Of a stretch of DNA of 64,000 nt, positions 28,746-41,640 are shown piece by piece. The DNA comes from the human T2T-CHM13v2.0 reference genome, Homo sapiens. The notes under the pieces are model-generated. The model saw nothing but the letters and a program-made list of their open reading frames with translations, was not told where the DNA came from and did not search any database. A program made the translations under genes and the position numbers. The stretch's first letter is position 1. Each line of letters opens with the position of its first letter. Where the stretch lies: assembly GCF_009914755.1 (NCBI RefSeq), contig NC_060934.1; one strand, written 5' to 3'.

Positions 28746-29599
28746 GAAAGGGAGTGGTACTGTGGAACTGGAAGGGCCTGGAAGAATTTGATGGATGTTG
28801 TAGAACATCTAGGCCAATTGTGTCCCTGTCATTTACCTAATCAGTATTGGATTTTTCATCCTGAGTCTTTTGTGCATGTACGAGTAGTTAAACCCTTTAT
28901 GCTCTTAAGTATTTATCTTGCTGCAATGTATGGTAATCAATGAGGTTTGAAAGGACTGCTTTAGAAGAGAAAGAGAGGAAGCAGGTAATCATAAGAGTTG
29001 TTTTCCCCTTGAGAAACCAAAAAGAACAAGCTCTGAATAGAGGTGTGAGGCCCCTTCCCACTTTAACATTCTGTGAGTGTCTGAATGTCCTAATCCCCCC
29101 GGGGTGAAAATGACTCAGAGGCAGGTGGTACCTACTGTATTTTTGTGGAGCTGTCCTGGGGCCTGTGCCCTCAATGCGTGGCCTGTCTTTTCTGGGACTT
29201 CAGGCTCTCTCTATGAAGGGCTTTCCCTGTTTTATGCTCAGGGCATTGCCTAGCTAACATGAGCCTATCTCTGGGTATTTCCACTGAGGGTAGGCTGCGT
29301 ATCCAGCTATACATGGGAGTACCGTAGTTCCAGGGCCACCACTAGCTTTCATTGCCTTTGAGCAAATGCTGTCCTGCTCCAGAGTTTATGGCTTGGCACA
29401 GAGTGGAATCTGCATTTCAGCCGGTGCCCAGCCCTTAGCCAGGAGTCTTGTGCAGTGATGAACTCGCACAGCCATTTGCAGTTTGCAGCGCCCCTATGGA
29501 TTGCTTCTGTTTCTGCCGGATGGTGATGAAGGAGTGCTCCAACACATCAACTCTGTAGCACAATAGCTTTCACCCACAAAGCTTTGTTTCCTATATTCT

Positions 29600-30720
29600 C
29601 TCTGGCTTACCTAACCAAAATATTGAAGTCATCTTTGACTCCTCCCTCAACCTTTACATTCAGTTAAATACTAGTGTTGATCCCACCTCTGATTTCTCAA
29701 AGACTATTTCTGTAGTTCAAAAACCAAAAGAACTAACATTGACAGAGCCCTGCCATATGCTGGGTACTTTAGGTCTCTTTTACTCATTATAGGCTATCTT
29801 CTTCTTCCATTATGTTCATTTCGTAAATGTGGAAAGCGAGACTTGGAGAGTTTCACTATCATGGCCTCAAGCTAGTAAGTGCTGCCTACCCAGGTCTGTC
29901 TGCTTCTAAATTCCAAGCTCACCTGCCCCGCATTACACTGTGCTCATCAATCTGCTCCAGGACCTACCATTAAATAGCTTTGCCAACCCCACACTTGCCC
30001 TCCACCAGCCTATCTTCCACACTGGTGCTGGAGGTAACTCCCCTAAATGCATACCACCTATCCTGTCACCTGCAGATTTTTGAGGACCAGCCATTTCTGA
30101 CAGGTAAAGTTCACCCTTCCCAGCCTGTCATATGCAGTCTTTACTTATTTCCCCAGCCTTGGTTCCTAACACTCATGCCCCATCTCCAACACCATCAGAC
30201 TGAGACCAACACGTCCAGGCCCTGGGGATAAATGGTAAAGGGAAGATGTTGCAGGATTGGCACTCAGCATTCAAAAACAGTTGTTGTCTCTGGGGAAGAG
30301 CCACAAAAGGCCTTGAATAAACACTGAGAGCTGAGCAAATAAGCACATGCATTAGAATGCCTGCAGGGTGCCCACACTAGTTAGGGGTGTGGCGGGCTTT
30401 GGGAGAAAGGCTGGTGGTCAGGTCTGCCCCACTGAGGGCTGCTGGGAAGATATTCACCGAACTGCCTAAATAAGTGGCCTTAAGACGCCCCTAACCCAGG
30501 TTCTGACACCCACATTGTACTTCCTAGTCACACTGAGTTAGTTGTTCTTTCCCATAGGTACCCTGTATTTTCATACTTCATTCACATGTGCTATTTCGTA
30601 CTTCATTCACATGTGCTATTTTTTCAGCCTGTAAGACTTGCTGTCATCTGGAAAAATTTTCCACTCTCCAGGGTCACACATTATTGTCATCTTCTCTATG
30701 AAGCCTTCCAGACTCCTTGT
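29600..30720 (+). mobile_element. Fragmented L2 with an inserted MIR (-) at about 29732-29940 and a non-L2 segment at about 30210-30530
   Basis: gaagtcatctttgactcctccct; cagggtcacacattattgtcatcttctctatgaagccttcc; MIR gctagtaagt...cccaggtctgtctg. Confidence 0.55.
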
Positions 30721-31469
30721 AGGCAGTGTTACAACTCTCCTTTGTGGTTTTATAGAGGAAGGGAGAATGTTTTGGTAAGGAAGGGGTCTGAGTTGGAGAA
30801 TGAGAAGAGGATGAGGAGTAGAATGGCGTCTCTTCCCCGCAGAGCTCTTAGGTCTTTGCTCATTCTGGTGCAGTGGCATTAGCCACTTTGTATGGTGAAT
30901 AGTTTTGTAAAATAGACAGATGTCTACAGGTACTTCACCCTTGCCATATAGCAAGCTTTTAGTGCTCCCTGCCTCCCAATGGGCCGCCAGTTATTTCTGG
31001 AAGGAATAAACCAGTTACAATACATCATAGCTCCGGCTGTTTGACCTTTCTGGCTCTAGCCATCCTTGCCCATGTTCTCTGCCCATAAAGCCTTTACAGA
31101 TGCCTCACCACTGTCATGGTCTATCAGGGGAACAGATGCCAGTAGCTATCCAAGCTGCGACCTCTTGATAATCCCAAACTCCTGTTCTCTAAGGCACCAG
31201 CGCTGGGCAGGGCTTTGCGCAGATGGTAGGAGTGCATCTTCTGGACCCTGGACAACTCTATACCCATCCAAGAACAACATCCATGCAAGAAACTCTTTAC
31301 CCCTCCTGCACATCCAGTCTGCAAGCTCCAATGGAGAATAAGTTATATTTCTTCCCCCACTATCCTTCCCACTCCATCTAAGACCTGTCCTCAATAAAAC
31401 TCTCTTCTATTAGGAAAACAAAGCTCTTGTGCATATGAGTGAATGAGCTACAGCTGTTGGGAGTGAGGA

Positions 31470-31860
31470 CAATCCTATCTTTAGATAAACACCCCACAGA
31501 AATGGGTGGATATGTGTACCAAAGGACTTATACAGGAATGTTCACAGCAGCATAATTTTTGTAGCTAAAAACTGGAAACAATCTAAATAACCATCAATAA
31601 CAACATGGATAAATGAAGTGTAGTATATTCATACATGGGTATGGTATACCGTAATGGAATAAACTACTGCTACATGCAGCAATGCAGATGGATCCTGTGT
31701 GCATAAGGTTGAGCTAAAACACCCAGCCACAAAAGGGTGTGAACTATATGGTTTCATATGAAGTTTTTTAAAAGGACAACTAATTAATAGTGCTGGGAGT
31801 CAGGAGGAGAGTTATATTTCAGGAGGAGAGAGCAGAGGGGATCTTCTAGAGCTTTGGTAT
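31470..31860 (+). mobile_element. L1ME/L1M 3' relic
   Basis: ggaatgttcacagcagca...aactggaaacaatctaaa...atggataaa...actactgctacatgcagcaat. Confidence 0.75.
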
Positions 31861-33624
31861 AGAAAGAACTGATTTAGGGGTGAACGTTCTGCCTAAGGCC
31901 TGGGCCTTCTGCCTGGGTAAGAATCTCTGACCAGTTCAGAAATGGCCTACATTCATCAGATGCAGAGGCAGTCTTTTCAAACTGTCCATTCAGCCTGCAG
32001 TGGGGGCATTTGGAATGGATATGAAGAATGACATTTTGAGTAGCTTGGTGTCCACTCTGCTCATGGGACAGAACCTAATGATTGATTCAGTAAGTAAAAT
32101 TCCAGGAAAGAATGGCGTGCATTTAGATATGGGCTTCTGTGGCAACAATGCTAGAGCTGAGGAAAAATGGAACAAGCTGTCATAAACAGGCAAAAGAAAA
32201 TAGCAGTTTCCATCTGGACCTTACCTTTACATGGCTGTTTTAGCCGTGATCATTCCAAAATGAATTTGAAATCACATTTTACCTCATTTCTCTTTATATC
32301 TGGCCCAATATTTCTTTTGGTAATCCATGGCTATGAAGCCCTTATAAACAGAATCCTGGCCTATTTTCAAGGATGGGAGATATGACACACCAATTAACTC
32401 TAGGAAGGTTTGAATTTAGGGTGGTTTTATTTCACCATGCAGAATGTTTAAGCCATATCTCAACATAGCCAGCTACTGCAAATTCCAATCCCAGAATCAC
32501 ATTGCTCCCATAGTGGATCATCTGGCTGTCAGGAGATTCTCAGCAAACAACAACAACAACAAAAAGCATTAGGCCGCTTCTTCCTAATTATGTCTCTCTC
32601 TAAATATCTAATTATCATTGAGAACAAATTGCATGTTACAGAGATAATATTATGGGGAATCGTTAATCTGTTGGGCTTCTGCTTTTGAATTCCTGAGTCG
32701 GTACTGCAGCTGCTGAAGCAAAAAATTCTGCCACCTGGACACTTCATTATGATTTCATATTTAAATGCAAAAAAACTGCCGAAGAGAGGTTCTATTTGAT
32801 GGACTTGGCTTCTTCAGGCATTTCGTACTTAGCTACGCATCACATGTACAGGTCTTCCAAATATCCCAGGTACCTGGGAATAGTGAATAATTGAGCATTT
32901 ACAGGGACAGAATTACAAGGGAACAATGGGAATATAGTAATACCAATAAGGTGACAGTGGAATTGACTTCTCTAATTATACTTTCTTTTTATCCATGCAC
33001 AAAGGTCTGCAGCTTTTTGTAACATTCCTCAGTAACTGCATAGGACTTCCTTAATAAATGCTGATCCAAAAAGTACACATTCCCAAAGATTACCTGATAA
33101 TTGCACCTACCATAATATGCTTAAAGCTAATTAACATTCAGACTTCACTTTAGAGAATAGAAATTACCAGGTACTTATCCCATAATTACATCTTTGTGCA
33201 CTCACTATTGTAATCCCTGGCATTAGCTATGTAATTAAATGATGAACAGTGACTGTGTAAGTAGAGAGTACTTATGTAAAATTTGTGTCTTATCAAAAAT
33301 AAATAAATAAACAGATTCAAAGACTCAGGTCTCATTTGAAATTCCATTGTTCTCAGGGAGATTGTATAGCATGTCAAGAATTGATAATAATACTGTTAGC
33401 TCCTTGAAGGTGGGAAGATGATAGTACTGCCACTCTGTCAGGAAGATGCCCACTGTGGTTCATCTTACCACCAGGGATGAGCGGCGCCAAGCAAGTCTCA
33501 CGGTTTTTTTCTTGGCATGCCTCAAATAACAAGTACTTAGACACTGTCTTACTAAATCTGACCTGTCTCTAAGCTATGAAATCCAGTAGTTTTTTGTCAG
33601 ATGCTTTGTGCAAGAATTCTTTTA

Positions 33625-33990
33625 AAAAAATAATGTTTTCATCTGATCACAATGCTAACATATATTCATCGTGGAAAGTTTGTAAAATATTGAAAACCCA
33701 CAGAAGAAAATAGAAATCACTTATAATTCCTTATCAATGTTAACTTTTTTCCGTATATGCTTTCAGTCTCTCTTGTAGATGAATCTCACTGTATCTACAT
33801 ATATATGTATACTTCTTGCAACCTGCATTTTAGAAGCGGTATATTGTGAACATTCCAATGAAGTATTATTGTCTTTTATCATATTTCTCATGACTCCATT
33901 ATAATCTGTAATATTGGTAGTCCCTAAATTATTTAACCAGTTTTGATGGACGTTTAGGCTAGTTTTTCAACATTAATTTCTATCATTTTA
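33625..33990 (-). mobile_element. L1ME4-like 3' relic
   Basis: agaagaaaatagaaatcacttataattcc...taaattatttaaccagttttgatggacgtttagg. Confidence 0.6.
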
Positions 33991-34374
33991 CTATTCACCA
34001 TGTGAGGGTTCTCTAAAAGAAGTTTTAAATGTTGTGTTTTCATGAAAACATGTTAAAGGTCATTCATTCTAAGTTATTACCTTGTGACAATGTCAGTGCC
34101 TGCGTTTGCATCTGTATTCACAGTGTGCTGTGCTGCGTGTCACTTTCATTGTTGTGAGCTGATGAGAAAGGACAGAGGTCTGCTTAATAAGTAAATGATC
34201 ATATAGTTGGTTCCACCGAGTGAAACCAAAGGACCTCATAGTATGCAGGACAAATGGAAGTTCAAATAGCAAAAAGCAGTGGCAGGATTGAGCCATCACA
34301 TGGAGGTAGCAGAGATACATCAAACTCAAAACTAAAAAAGAAAATAGAAACCCAAGAAGTTGATACCATATTCA

Positions 34375-34661
<287 letters not shown>

Positions 34662-35174
34662 TTAATGTTGTTGTTTTGAATGTCATGTGATTTGTAAGTA
34701 TTGTATTTAATTTGTAGATTTGTTTTACATTTGTTTGGATTGTATAGTTGTATAAGAACCATAATCCTAAAGAGCCACTATGTAATTTCATATTTTCATA
34801 CATCTAAGTAACAGTAAAATTAATTTAAGTCAACAGTGAGAGTCTGTAAGAAGTTTCCATTTTTAAAACAGATCCATACATTTTCTCAATTTGGGTTACA
34901 TTGTCCTCATAGCTACATCATTATGCATATCCTTAGAATAAATTATTTCCTCAGGGAAATTTCTTAAACATAAAATTATTGTCAAATGTTATAAACATTC
35001 TAAGGCTTTTGATGTTTCTGTCAAATTTGAGTACAGACTGTTCAAGTTACTTTTCTCCCTTTAGTTTACCCTTCATTTTTAATACTTTCTGCAGTAGTAC
35101 ATTCGTTCTAGTTTGCCAAATATTTATTGAGTGCTAACCATGTGCAGGCATCATGTATTGGCATTGACTAGTGA

Positions 35175-35290
35175 ACATGTTAAAAATGCATCATCATGGA
35201 CCCCACACCAGACCAACTGAATCAGAATCTGCATTTTCAAAAGATCCCTAGGTGATACGATTGCATATTCAAGTTTGAGATGCATTGTTC
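35175..35290. mobile_element. MER5-family hAT MITE fragment
   Basis: ccccacaccagaccaactgaatcagaatctgcatttt...aggtgat...gcatattcaagtttgaga. Confidence 0.75.
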
Positions 35291-35309
35291 TAAGAACTAG
35301 ACCTGGAGG

Positions 35310-36520
35310 TCGACTGTCTCTCTGACACTTCCTCTTGACCATCTCGAAGGTGCCCCAAACACAATATGTTTGTCTTAGTTTTGGGAGCTGCTATTACAAA
35401 ATATTACAAAATATCATAAACTGGGTAGCTTATAAGCAACAAACATTTATTACCCTCAGTTCTGAAGTTAGGAAGTGCAAGATCAAGGCACCAGCAGATT
35501 TGCTGTCTAGTGAGGGGCAGCTTCCTTCCTAGGTGGATGTCTTCTCACTGTAACAACACACAGTAGAAGGTGCAGGACAGCTTTCTGGGCTCTCTTTTAT
35601 AAGGGCACTGGTCCGTTCATGAGGGCTCTGCCCTTGTGACCTAATCATCTCCTAAAGGCCTCATCTCCTAATACCATCACACTGGTGATTAGGTTTCACT
35701 ACGTGAATTTAGGGGGCGGGGAGAGGCACAAACATTCAGGCTGTAACAATGCTCAACATAGAGCTCTTTTTTTTTTTTTCACCATGCCTAGTTCTTTTTC
35801 CAGTTTTCCTCTTCTCAGTGAGTGGCATCACCATCCACTCTCTCATGCAAACCAGAAACCTTCCTCTACTTTACCCCCCATATCTAATTTATCACCGAGT
35901 TCACTATCTCTCACATCCCTCCTATTTTTTCACTCTCTCTCCACTGCCACCCTCCTTGTCTAAGCTACTCTTGTGTGTTGCCTGGATATTTTGCAGTATC
36001 TTCTGAACTGGCCCCCCTGCTTCCATTCTTATCCCCTCTAGTTTATTTTCCACAGTAAGTTGTGGAAAAGAGTAATCTTTTGGATAGGCATATTGGAACT
36101 TATCACCAGCTTGCTTAAAACGTCCAAAGGACCTTCCATTGCTCTCATGATAAAGACAGAAATCTGTAAGGTGGTCCCACGAGATTGAGTCTTGCTTGCT
36201 CTCTAGACTTGTTCTGTGCCGAGTTCTCTAAGGTAGCAGTCCTCTCTCACTTTGCTTTCTCCTTACCCTTCAGTTTAGCTAGTGAACTTCTATTGTTCCT
36301 TAGATTGTAGCTCAATCATTTCTTCCTCAGAAAACCTTCCCTGACCTCCCTAATTAGATTCTTTCCTCTTGTTCTGTGATCTCAAATTACACAACTTATT
36401 CCCCTGCGTTTTTATCACTGTTGTAACTCAACATTCATTTTTGATGTCTTTGATTAATATCTGGCACCCCATTAGAGTGCAAGCTCCATTAGGGCAGAGA
36501 CCACATCTGTTTTTTCAGGG
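35310..36520 (+). mobile_element. L2 relic, interrupted by MLT1A
   Basis: tcttctcagtgagtggcatcaccatccac...ctgcttccattctt...agagtgcaagctccattagggcagagacc. Confidence 0.7.
35371..35748 (-). mobile_element. MLT1A MaLR solo LTR
   Basis: tgtcttagtt...cacaaacattcaggctgtaaca; 5-bp TSD atgtt/atgct. Confidence 0.9.
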
Positions 36521-36758
36521 CCAGAAGATGATAGGTGATGTCTTACAGGTCCTTACCGCTCTGGCTCTCTTCATGAGTGGTTCTTCCAGATGGAATGCCC
36601 TTCTCCTCCACTGTCACTTAAATAAATAATACCTGTCTTTCAAGATTGAATTAAAGGAACAACCCCTCAATATGATCTTCCTGGCGGAAGTCCTCTTCAA
36701 ATCCTCTTATAAGGTACTTATTACCTTCTACAATAATTACTATGCATTTTTCTCTCTC

Positions 36759-37130
36759 TGTATTAATCAACGTAAGTAACCATTAGTTGCTGCAAAAGAT
36801 AAACAGAAGTTGAATTTCACCCATACCCAGTTCAGCTTGGGCTAACTGAAGCACTTCTTCATCCAGTGACTTGACGATTTAGGCCCCCTTCATCTTATCA
36901 GGCCATTTTCCTAGCATGTGGCTCACAAGGCAGCCACAAAGCATGGAGAGGCCTCCCAGTCTCTTAAATGACAAGGCACAGAAATGGCATGTCACTTGTG
37001 CTGACATTTCGTTGGCTGGAACTAGTAATCTGACTCCTCCTAAATGAATGGTGCAGTGGAATATAGTCCCCTACATACCCAGGAGGATGCATAGAGCTAG
37101 ATATGAGTGAAAACTAGTCATCTCTACCAA
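36759..37130 (-). mobile_element. Old MaLR LTR (MLT1K/L-like)
   Basis: cagaaatggcatgtcacttgtgctgacatttcgttggctggaactagt...ggaatatagtc. Confidence 0.65.
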
Positions 37131-37439
37131 GCTGTAGTAAACTCTTGAAAGAGGACAAGATCTAAGCCCAAATCACTTTCAGAACACTAAAGTATTCAAC
37201 CTCTCCCATATTTGCCAATTAATACAAGTTGCTGATTCAATGAATGGCTGAGGATTTCAGAAGAGGGAGACAAAAGCAGAGAGAAGCAGAAAGGCAGATA
37301 CAGAGCAGCACTAGAAGACAGCATCTCTCTCTTAGTCCATTACTATTTGTTTCAGCTACTTACACACTTTTGGGCAGTGCTAACTAAATTGATAAACAGC
37401 CTGCCCCACCCCCACCCCCACCTCCCAAAGTCAGTTTTT

Positions 37440-37600
37440 TGGGGTTTTTGTTTGTTTTTGAGACAGAGTCTTGCTCTGTCACCCAGGCTGGAGGGCAGTG
37501 GTGCTCACTGCAACCTCAGCCTCCTAGGTTCAAGCAATTCTCATGCCTCAGCCACCTGAGTAGCTAGGATAACAGGCATGCGCCACCACGCACCACCCGC
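37440..37600 (-). mobile_element. Alu right arm only (5'-truncated insertion)
   Basis: Antisense right monomer; TSD agtcagttttt at 37429-37439 and 37601-37611. Confidence 0.9.
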
Positions 37601-40600
37601 AGTCAGTTTTTGTTATAATAGCTTGGCTTCCTATATGTGATATTATTGAAAAGTTTCAGAATAACGCCCATGTGCTGGACAGTGTGCAAGGTGTTTTACA
37701 TAGACTGCTATACAGTCATTCTTTCAGCAATTCTGCAGTACAGGCATTCTTATCACAGAACTCACAATTTTCTGCCTTAGAATGTGCATTGAACTCTGTC
37801 TGCCTCTAAAACCTGTGTTCTTAACCACGACACCACATTGAAGTTTATTAAACATCCGAATATTTATCAACCCTGAGAATGAGCGCATATAAGTAATGTG
37901 ATTAATCTACCCATTATAATCCCTGTGACTTAGCCTTGGGAAATAGACTCTAAGGAAACACTTGTAGAATTTTGCCAAGACAGTAGCCAAATTCCAAGGA
38001 ATATATGTGTATTTAATTAAGTTACATATTCTAAAGCCAGGGTGATGAGCAATTTGGATAATGTTTCTGGTGTGTGTGCATTGGGGGAGTGGTGGTTTCC
38101 AGATGAGACAACAGCCACAAAGTACCTTGTCATTTCTTCCATTGATATATATACTCATATATGTTTGCACAGATAAGACTAGCTTTTGGCTTTATGCTTA
38201 GTTTTATGTACAGTACAAACATTAAATCGTGAAGGTGTTCATCACAGGAAAACCAGAGAAGCCCTCGTAAGCCTTATAAATCATTGTCCTTATACCCAGC
38301 TCACTGTGGGTGGTGGACCGTTAGAGCACATGGGGACAGAGTGGCAGTCTGTGTGATGTTAAGAATGCAACCTATTAAGCAGAGAATGAGAAGTTGAAGG
38401 ATTCCATTTTTCACCAGCTCTAACATGGTTAATCTTTAAAGCTATTTATTGAACACAAAGACATTTGACTGAGCACTTTGTAGTATGCATCTTTCTCTAC
38501 CACTCTCATTCATCACCTATTTTCACCGAATCTTTGTTAAGATTTGCAGTAATGGTGCTGTATAAAAGGGCCTTTATGTGACTCACAGTCCCTATAAAAT
38601 ATGATTTTTTTTCTTCAGATCATCTTTTGAAAATTGCTGCTGCTTGTTATTTCACATATTTTTTTCCAAGTGCATTAAGTTTACCTGCAACGGGAAAAGA
38701 TTATTTAGAGAAACGTACACTTTCTATTTCCTTTAATAGCTTGTGTTATGATATGTTTGATAGTTCATGAAGGACACTGTCAGATTTGGAGAATGAGCCA
38801 ATAAACTTTAGGTCCTAAGAAATATAGCCCCGTAATGATGCCTACTCATATGCAGAGATATTTTATCAGCTTAATGGTACCTTTTAGTGTCTGACACCTT
38901 CGGTTTACAGGTTTGCTCGATGGCCTGTTTGCTTCTGTGCCAAATTAGTGTTGAGGGAGGTTTCTGATGAGAAGAATATTCAGTTTGGATATTAGAGTTA
39001 TGGCCGTCAAGTTGGAGGCGGTCAGCCTGGTTTAATCTCAGATGGTACCTTTTACTGCAGATGCCGACTGGGGACTCATGAAATGCCCAAGCAACTCTTG
39101 TTTGGCTGTAAGGGTGCAAATCAAGGTGTGTGGGCAGGGGAGAGCATCTCTTGCCTACAGCATTAACAGACATTTTATTTTGTAAAATATGTTCTATCTT
39201 CCCCAGGTTAAAAAAAAAATCATATGCTCATCTTATTTTAAACAGATTCTTTTAGTGGTAAATGAAAGCTTGTAACCTGTAAGGTAGCATTTATCTTTAT
39301 ATTCAAAGCTTGGGCAGCCATGGAAGAACATTGGGAGTGAGGACACTTATAAAAGGAGGAGAATGTGGGGTCAGGAAGCAGAGAATGCAAAGAATAGTGT
39401 TCTGGAAGAAAAAGGGAGGCCAACTGTTATCTCTAAACTGCCTATGCCTGTGAACTTCATCCAAGAACAGAACATCCAAAAACCAGGCTTACTAGCCTTG
39501 TCTTTCTTTTTGGAAATACAGAGTTTCGCAAATAAATAAGGGGATACTTAATTATCTCCAAGCAAACATTTCATGTGAACAGTATAGCAAATTATATTGT
39601 GCATATATAATGCCAATGTTTGGAGCAGATGAAGATGACTGAGTTGCAAGGTGGAATGATGATCGTGAATCTTCTGTCAGTTACTCCTCTGTCCTGGATC
39701 TAGTCATTATACATTTATTTTTCAACGTCTTCTGTTTTAAAATGACTCTTCTCCAAATACTAGATCACTTAGTTCCTTTTTGTAGATAATTTGTATCCTT
39801 GAAATGGACAGGTACTTCAAATATCACAAGAAAGGGTAGCTTTAGTTTTCTTTTGTTTTACCGGTTAGATTATCTGGCTGAGGTTGATTTAACTCAGTCA
39901 GGTAAGCTAGTAAAAGTTTGTCTTTCCTTAATAAGACTGATTTTTTTTGTTGCATTTATCCAACAATCTTGTATATTCTAAATTTTGTGCAGTTTAAATA
40001 GGACATTGTTAATTCAGTTCATCAATTCATTACAAATGTGCAGTACGGATGCTCACACATTTACTTCCTGAATGGTAGATGCAGGGTAAGAAAAGCAAAA
40101 CCAGCTTCATGATATCTGTGATCAAGATACATATTAAGGTGAATACGGACAAGATTCTACTGAGTCTGCTGAAACCGTTTCAAATATTTTGGGGTTTTGT
40201 TGTTGTTGTTATATTACTCTGTTTACTCTAAAATCAGGCACTTGAGGCTTTTTTTCTCGCCTCAGAAAGATATTTCTGAAATTCATGACATTGTAATGGT
40301 GATTTTTATTAAAGCAAAATTTGATGGCTTTTGTTTATGAGACCTGCCAAACAGTGCAAACACAATCAGTTAACTATTTCCTTTGGAAGGAGTATGGTAA
40401 ATTTTTGTGTAAGAGACTGTTTACCCAATAAGGGGGGATTTATAGTTTCCAAAAGTGTAATATAAAAACAATCTTCAGTTTCCCCATGTTATATATACAT
40501 CTAGTAATATACTTTCTGTCCTGTGTAGCTACCAGCAATTTTAATATATATAGTTACTCTTAAAAACTTTTATATGATACACCACTTTTTTGTTACCTTC

Positions 40601-41454
40601 TAATAAGAATAGTGGATTCTAGGCTAGCAATATTTCATGCTGATGATACATATCTTGTAAGACTATGAACTTTTTGAAAGCAGGCATAGCAAGCATATAA
40701 TTTAAACTCTACTGTATGCATTAGAGATTACAGAGGGCCTGAGTTTCCTCAAGCCACCCATCTTATTAAGTCATAGCACTGCATACTACATAATGGATTT
40801 GAATTCCGATTGAAATCATTCATGATCAGGGAATATTTACTCTAGATATAGAAAATTCAGGCAGCTGGGAAAAAAGAAGGGATCGAGTTGTTTCACAAGC
40901 CTGCTTATGCGCCTGTGTTTGTGATTGTAACTCTAATTATATTTGTACTGTATTATAATGAAGTAATTTAATTAAATGTTCCATAAGTTGATAAAATATT
41001 TGCTCAAAAGTTGTTTATATTAAAATTATATTAATACTTTAGAGAGACTCAAGACAAGTTGCTTTTAAAAATTGCTATTGAATTCTTTATAAACATATAT
41101 GTCATGGAAACCTAGGGAGGAGAGAATTTCCATAAACAGACTATGCTTCATTGTGTGCCAATGCCTCAATAATAGGAGGAAAATAAAGAATGTGTAGAGG
41201 CCATGGGCTTGGCATCTCAGGAACCACTGCTGACAATGCAGGTTCGAGTTTCATCATATAGATAACGGCAAAAGCTGGATTTCAATATCTTAGGCATGAG
41301 GTTGAGGGAAATGGGGGCAGAACATGGAGATCATGATTGTGTGGCATCATTCAGCAGCCAGGTGAAGTGGAGAGGCGGGAGTTATGGAGAAGTTGATAGT
41401 CTATCGCTGGGAAGGACTTTAAAAGAGTATGTATGAGAGAAAAAGACTTTAAAA

Positions 41455-41640
41455 GAGTAAGGTGTTTAATGAGTATGATGCAGAGGAAAGAGCAAGGTTT
41501 CGGATTTGCAATCTGTGTGCCTTTTATTAATGTATTTAACCTCTGAGCATCTAGCTGCTCCTTCTATAAAACTGAAATAATATATGACTCAACAGATTTT
41601 GGGCGAATAAAGTTATATGTAGATGATATAGCATAATTCG
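41455..41640 (+). mobile_element. MIR, degenerate
   Basis: tatttaacctctgagcatc...ctataaaactgaaataata. Confidence 0.55.

Noticed and set aside
29480-29505. CTCF-like cagcgcccctatgga (also partial matches at about 33468 and 41812)
   Set aside because: Several core positions mismatch the CTCF consensus
38960-39060. TGATGA C-box suggesting a C/D snoRNA or scaRNA
   Set aside because: No appropriately placed CTGA D-box or terminal stem was found
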